Assembly (NCBI GenBank): GCA_947626425.1
Contig: CANQRX010000003.1
Span: forward strand, 1-38,381
Source of the DNA: an uncultured Bacilli bacterium
GTDB lineage: Bacteria; Bacillota_I; Bacilli_A; RF39; UBA660
Length of the DNA stretch: 38,381 nucleotides
Direction of reading: 5' to 3'
The translations under genes were made by a program, and so were the position numbers. The notes beneath the pieces are model-generated. The model was not told the origin of the DNA and did no database searches. It saw only the letters and a program-made list of their open reading frames with translations. Of the stretch, positions 34,567 through 38,381 are shown piece by piece. Every line of letters begins with the position of its first letter. The first letter of the stretch is position 1.

Positions 34567-35937
34567 ATGATTTATTTAATATTAATAATCGTTGCCATAC
34601 TTTTAGTCCTTTATGGAAAATATATTTATAATAATTACGGGAACTCTATACCTTTCATCTTAATTTTTTTTATATATGCGGCATGGGCCTTAGTTTCAAT
34701 TATTTATATTGATGGGGGAACCTATATTATTGAACAAGACCGAACTTCAACATTTACTGGAGCTTCTTTAAGATTTTTAATCGTTATGTTACCATTTTTT
34801 TATTTTTTACCAAAAATGGTAAGTCAGTCTTTACAAAAGAAAATGAAACCCGTTAAAAATTCTTTCGGGCGCTCTTTGGAGTTAAAAAAGTGTCTAACCT
34901 TTATTGCTTATGGCGTTTTGATTTATTTATACTTAAACCTGTTTATTTCAGGAATTCCAATGTTTAACAAGCAAATAACTAATTTTAATTTTTATATTAC
35001 TTATTCTAAATTACCATTTGCTAGCACCATTCAAGCAGCAACAATTAATTTTTTCTTACTTTTTTTTGGTGTTATCTTTGCTAGTAATGAACCGTTAAAA
35101 GAAAAAAAGAAATCTTTTCTTTACTATTTATTATTAGTAATTTATCGAATTTTATTTGGGGAAAAATTCTATCCTTTTTTACTTTATTCATTCTTATTTT
35201 TCTTACCAACTTTAATGAACTTTTTTAAGAAGGCAAAAAACAAAGGCTTTTTTACTAAAAAAACCATCATTATTGGGTCAATTTGTTTTTTAATTCTTTT
35301 AGGAGCTAGTCTTTTAAAATATACCATTGATGATAACCCAAACTATAAAAGTCCCGTTGATCATTTATTTTCTCGAATTTTTTCTTTGCAATCCCATATG
35401 TTTTATGGATATGATAAATATTTAATGGAACATAATATGGGCTGGACTCCTAATTTTGAAGAATTAAAAACTGAATTACTTGCCGGTTTAAAAAAGACTG
35501 ATAAATTTGCTAAAAACATTGGTTTAACCAAAATTATGACTATTGTTTCCCCAAAAGAAATAGTTGACCGTTATTTAAATGATAATACGCGATTTTATGG
35601 AGGTTATTGGACTTTATCAATCGGGTGCTTTGGTTATGTTTTAACCGCCTTTTATTCAATTTTAGTCGCCGCCATTATTGCTTATTTTTCAAAAGTACTT
35701 GCTTTAGCGATTAAGAAAAAAGATTATATTTTATTATTTTTAAGTACAAATTGTTATTATATTTTCTTCACTTATTTTAATGAAGCAAACTACAGTTTTA
35801 TCTTTTCTTATCGAATGTTTTTATTTACGTTCTTAATTATTTTCTATGAAAAAATAATGGATAGTAAAGTCGTATTAAAAATTAGTGAAGCCCTTAATGA
35901 AAAATTAAAAATTGTTAATAAGGTAGTAGGTGATTAA
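34567..35937 (+). CDS. Polytopic membrane protein, probable Wzy polymerase
   Basis: About 10-11 TM segments with a large late extracytoplasmic loop; located between glycosyltransferases and the flippase. Confidence 0.6.
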   Translation: MIYLILIIVAILLVLYGKYIYNNYGNSIPFILIFFIYAAWALVSIIYIDGGTYIIEQDRTSTFTGASLRFLIVMLPFFYFLPKMVSQSLQKKMKPVKNSFGRSLELKKCLTFIAYGVLIYLYLNLFISGIPMFNKQITNFNFYITYSKLPFASTIQAATINFFLLFFGVIFASNEPLKEKKKSFLYYLLLVIYRILFGEKFYPFLLYSFLFFLPTLMNFFKKAKNKGFFTKKTIIIGSICFLILLGASLLKYTIDDNPNYKSPVDHLFSRIFSLQSHMFYGYDKYLMEHNMGWTPNFEELKTELLAGLKKTDKFAKNIGLTKIMTIVSPKEIVDRYLNDNTRFYGGYWTLSIGCFGYVLTAFYSILVAAIIAYFSKVLALAIKKKDYILLFLSTNCYYIFFTYFNEANYSFIFSYRMFLFTFLIIFYEKIMDSKVVLKISEALNEKLKIVNKVVGD

Positions 35938-37330
35938 AGTGAGTTTAAAAAAAGGATTAATGTATGTTTTTTTAGCTAATTTACTTAATTTGTGTATTAG
36001 CTTAATTAAAGGCTTTGTTTTACCCAAATATTTATCTATTGAAGCTTATGCGATGATTCAAAGTTATTTACTTTATGTTTCCTACATTGGTTTATTACAC
36101 TTTGGATATTTAGATGGTTTATATTTAAAATATGGTGGTCAAAAATTTGAAAATATTGATGCTTTAGAAATTAATTTAGCCCGAGGAAATACCATTTTAC
36201 TGCAATTGTTGTTCACCATTCCAGCTATTGCTATTTCTTTAATTTTAAAAAATTATGTTTTGTTATTTTTTTCTTTAAGTATTTTACCTGTTAATATTGT
36301 AACTTTATATAAAAATTTGTTTCAAGCGACGGGTTTATTTAAAACTTACGGAAGACTTTTAAATGTCACAACATTGTTATCCTTTATAGGAACCTTGATT
36401 TTATTATTTTTCTTTCATCTGGAAAGTGCTTTTTATTATATTTTTATTTTAGTGTTTGTTGATTATTTAATTTGGATTTTACTTGAAATTAATTTATTCG
36501 AAAATTACAAAATACCATTTAAATTACAATTTTCTTTAAAAAATTTAGCTAAACACATTAAATCCGGTTTTGTTTTAATGCTTGGTAATTTTTCGTCAAT
36601 TATGATGACGAGTATGGACCGGTGGTTTATCAAAATTTTATTGACGGTTGAAGAGTTTGCTTATTATTCTTTTGCTGTTCGGGTCGAGAATTTAATTACG
36701 GTTTTTATTACCCCAGTTATAACGACAATGTATAATTATTTTTGTCAAACTAAAGATACCAAAAACATAAAAAACATTACCAAAACTTGTTTATTAGTTG
36801 GCTTATGCTTAATTGGCTGTGCTTTTCCAGTTAAATTTATATTAGAAACCTTTTTAACTAAATATTACGATTCTTCGGCGATTATTTTTCTTTTATTTTC
36901 AACTCAAGCTTTGTATTTAATTATTAAAGGAGTTTATGTTAATATTTATAAATCCCGAAAAGAGCAAAATAAGTATTTTAAACAATTAGTTTTAGTTATA
37001 ATAATTGGTTTTTTGTTGAATCTATTATTAATTAATATTTTTCACAACACCATCTGTGTAGCGTTAGCAACCTTAATTTCCGTTTTAATTTGGTTTGGCA
37101 TCTGTTTATTTTCTATTCCTGAAATTAGACTAGGCTTTAAAGAATTAATCGTTTTAGTAATTAGTTTAATTTTATATAATTTCTTAGGTTTTTATGTAAA
37201 TTCTTATCTAGGTTTTATTATTTATTATGGTTGTCTTTTAATGCTTTTAATAATTTTTATGAAAGATACTCTCATTCAATTTTTAAATATTATTAAAAGT
37301 TTGATTGTCAAAAAAGGAGTTAAACAATGA
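35930..37330 (+). CDS. wzx: Wzx-type oligosaccharide flippase
   Basis: FVLPKYLS, LLHFGYLDGLYLKYGG, SMDRWFI, YYSFA; 12-14 TM segments. Confidence 0.82.
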   Translation: MIKVSLKKGLMYVFLANLLNLCISLIKGFVLPKYLSIEAYAMIQSYLLYVSYIGLLHFGYLDGLYLKYGGQKFENIDALEINLARGNTILLQLLFTIPAIAISLILKNYVLLFFSLSILPVNIVTLYKNLFQATGLFKTYGRLLNVTTLLSFIGTLILLFFFHLESAFYYIFILVFVDYLIWILLEINLFENYKIPFKLQFSLKNLAKHIKSGFVLMLGNFSSIMMTSMDRWFIKILLTVEEFAYYSFAVRVENLITVFITPVITTMYNYFCQTKDTKNIKNITKTCLLVGLCLIGCAFPVKFILETFLTKYYDSSAIIFLLFSTQALYLIIKGVYVNIYKSRKEQNKYFKQLVLVIIIGFLLNLLLINIFHNTICVALATLISVLIWFGICLFSIPEIRLGFKELIVLVISLILYNFLGFYVNSYLGFIIYYGCLLMLLIIFMKDTLIQFLNIIKSLIVKKGVKQ

Positions 37331-38381
37331 AAATGCTTTTAAAAAAAATTTATACCTCAATCCTCTTTCGATTGTTTTGGTTACTACCGTTGCAAGATAA
37401 AGTGCTTTTTTCTAGTTTTTCAGGGAAAAAATATGGGGACAATCCTAAATTTATTTCTTTAAAATTAAGAGAAAAAGACCCTAAAATTAAACAAGTTTGG
37501 CTTTATAAATATGAAAAATTTCCCGATTTAGATGCCAATATTTTACAAGTCAAATGGGGAAGTATCGCAATGATTTATCATTTAGCAACATCCAAAATTT
37601 GGGTTGATTCTCATACTAAACCGCTTTGGGTTAAAAAACGTCCTGGCCAATTTTATTTAGAAACATGGCATGGTGGATTAGGAATGAAAAAAATTGAAGG
37701 CGATGCGATTGATAAATTAGATAAAGATGTCGTAAAGAGAATTAAACACAATTCTGCACTTGTTGATTTATTAATTAGTAATTGTCGGTGGTTAACTAAA
37801 ATTTATCAAAGGGCCTTTTTTTATGATGGGGAAATACTTGAATGTGGTTATCCGAAAAATGACATTTTGTTTCAAAAAGAATGTCATGAAGATATAAGGC
37901 AAAAAGTTTTAAAATATTATCAATTAAAAACTAATACAAAGATATTTTTTTATGCCCCGACTTTTCGTGAGAAAACAGAAAATCTTAATTATCATTTAGA
38001 TTTAGATGAATTAATTAAATTTTTAAGAAAAGAATATGGTAAGGAATGGGTTTTATTTTACCGTTTGCATCCTTTATTAATGAAAGAAGAAAATATTTTT
38101 AAATATCAGAATAAAAATATTTATGATGTAACAATGTATCCTGATATGCAAGAATTAATCATTGCTAGTGATATGATGATGACTGATTATTCTAGTGGTA
38201 TTTTTGATTTTGCCATGCTTTATAAACCGGCTTTTATATATGCTTATGACTTAAAAGAATACGAAAAAGAACGCGGATTATATTTCAATTTATATGATAT
38301 GCCTTTTTTAGTTGCCGAAGATTTTGAACAATTACTTCAAAATATTAAAGATTTTGATGAACAAAAATATCAAAAAAAGTT
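37327..38381 (+). CDS. CDP-glycerol glycerophosphotransferase (TagF-like), truncated by the window edge
   Basis: ATGA overlap with wzx; YGDNPKFI, ETWHGG, GYPKND, YAPTFRE, RLHP, TDYSS; not in the ORF track. Confidence 0.9.
   Translation, partial: MKMLLKKIYTSILFRLFWLLPLQDKVLFSSFSGKKYGDNPKFISLKLREKDPKIKQVWLYKYEKFPDLDANILQVKWGSIAMIYHLATSKIWVDSHTKPLWVKKRPGQFYLETWHGGLGMKKIEGDAIDKLDKDVVKRIKHNSALVDLLISNCRWLTKIYQRAFFYDGEILECGYPKNDILFQKECHEDIRQKVLKYYQLKTNTKIFFYAPTFREKTENLNYHLDLDELIKFLRKEYGKEWVLFYRLHPLLMKEENIFKYQNKNIYDVTMYPDMQELIIASDMMMTDYSSGIFDFAMLYKPAFIYAYDLKEYEKERGLYFNLYDMPFLVAEDFEQLLQNIKDFDEQKYQKK

Noticed and set aside
1-38381. CRISPR arrays, IS elements, prophage, tRNA or rRNA genes
   Set aside because: No repeat-spacer periodicity, transposase, integrase, phage gene or cloverleaf seen.

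Overview
Very AT-rich chromosomal segment (standard genetic code; TGA is used as stop) from a low-GC Bacillota/Bacilli genome. Gene content suggests an uncultured, reduced-genome lineage such as RF39, but that is inference. Housekeeping genes: hemW, mutS, dnaG-sigA-trmK, rpmG-efp, def, an ftsW-family gene, comEA-comEC-holA. Accessory content: (i) a surface-glycan decoration cluster (acyltransferase-3 with an in-frame G10 tract, GtrA, UbiA-type phosphoribosyltransferase, two tandem HAD-phosphatase/polytopic membrane fusions); (ii) a degenerate RnfC/RnfD-like pair; (iii) a repeat-rich surface protein; (iv) sporulation-type small genes; (v) a three-gene operon containing a WXG100-like protein; (vi) the start of a Wzx/Wzy polysaccharide locus. 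The strongest unexplained signal is two intergenic transcription units without a credible ORF, flanking comEA-comEC-holA (about 25157-25412 and 29268-29668). Each has a sigma-A extended -10 promoter, many nested helices and an intrinsic terminator whose loop is complementary to an upstream hairpin loop. I do not recognise either as a known RNA family. Other oddities are an apparent ATT start codon for dnaG and a duplicated region 1.1 in sigma-A. All helices were found by eye; no folding or database searches were run.
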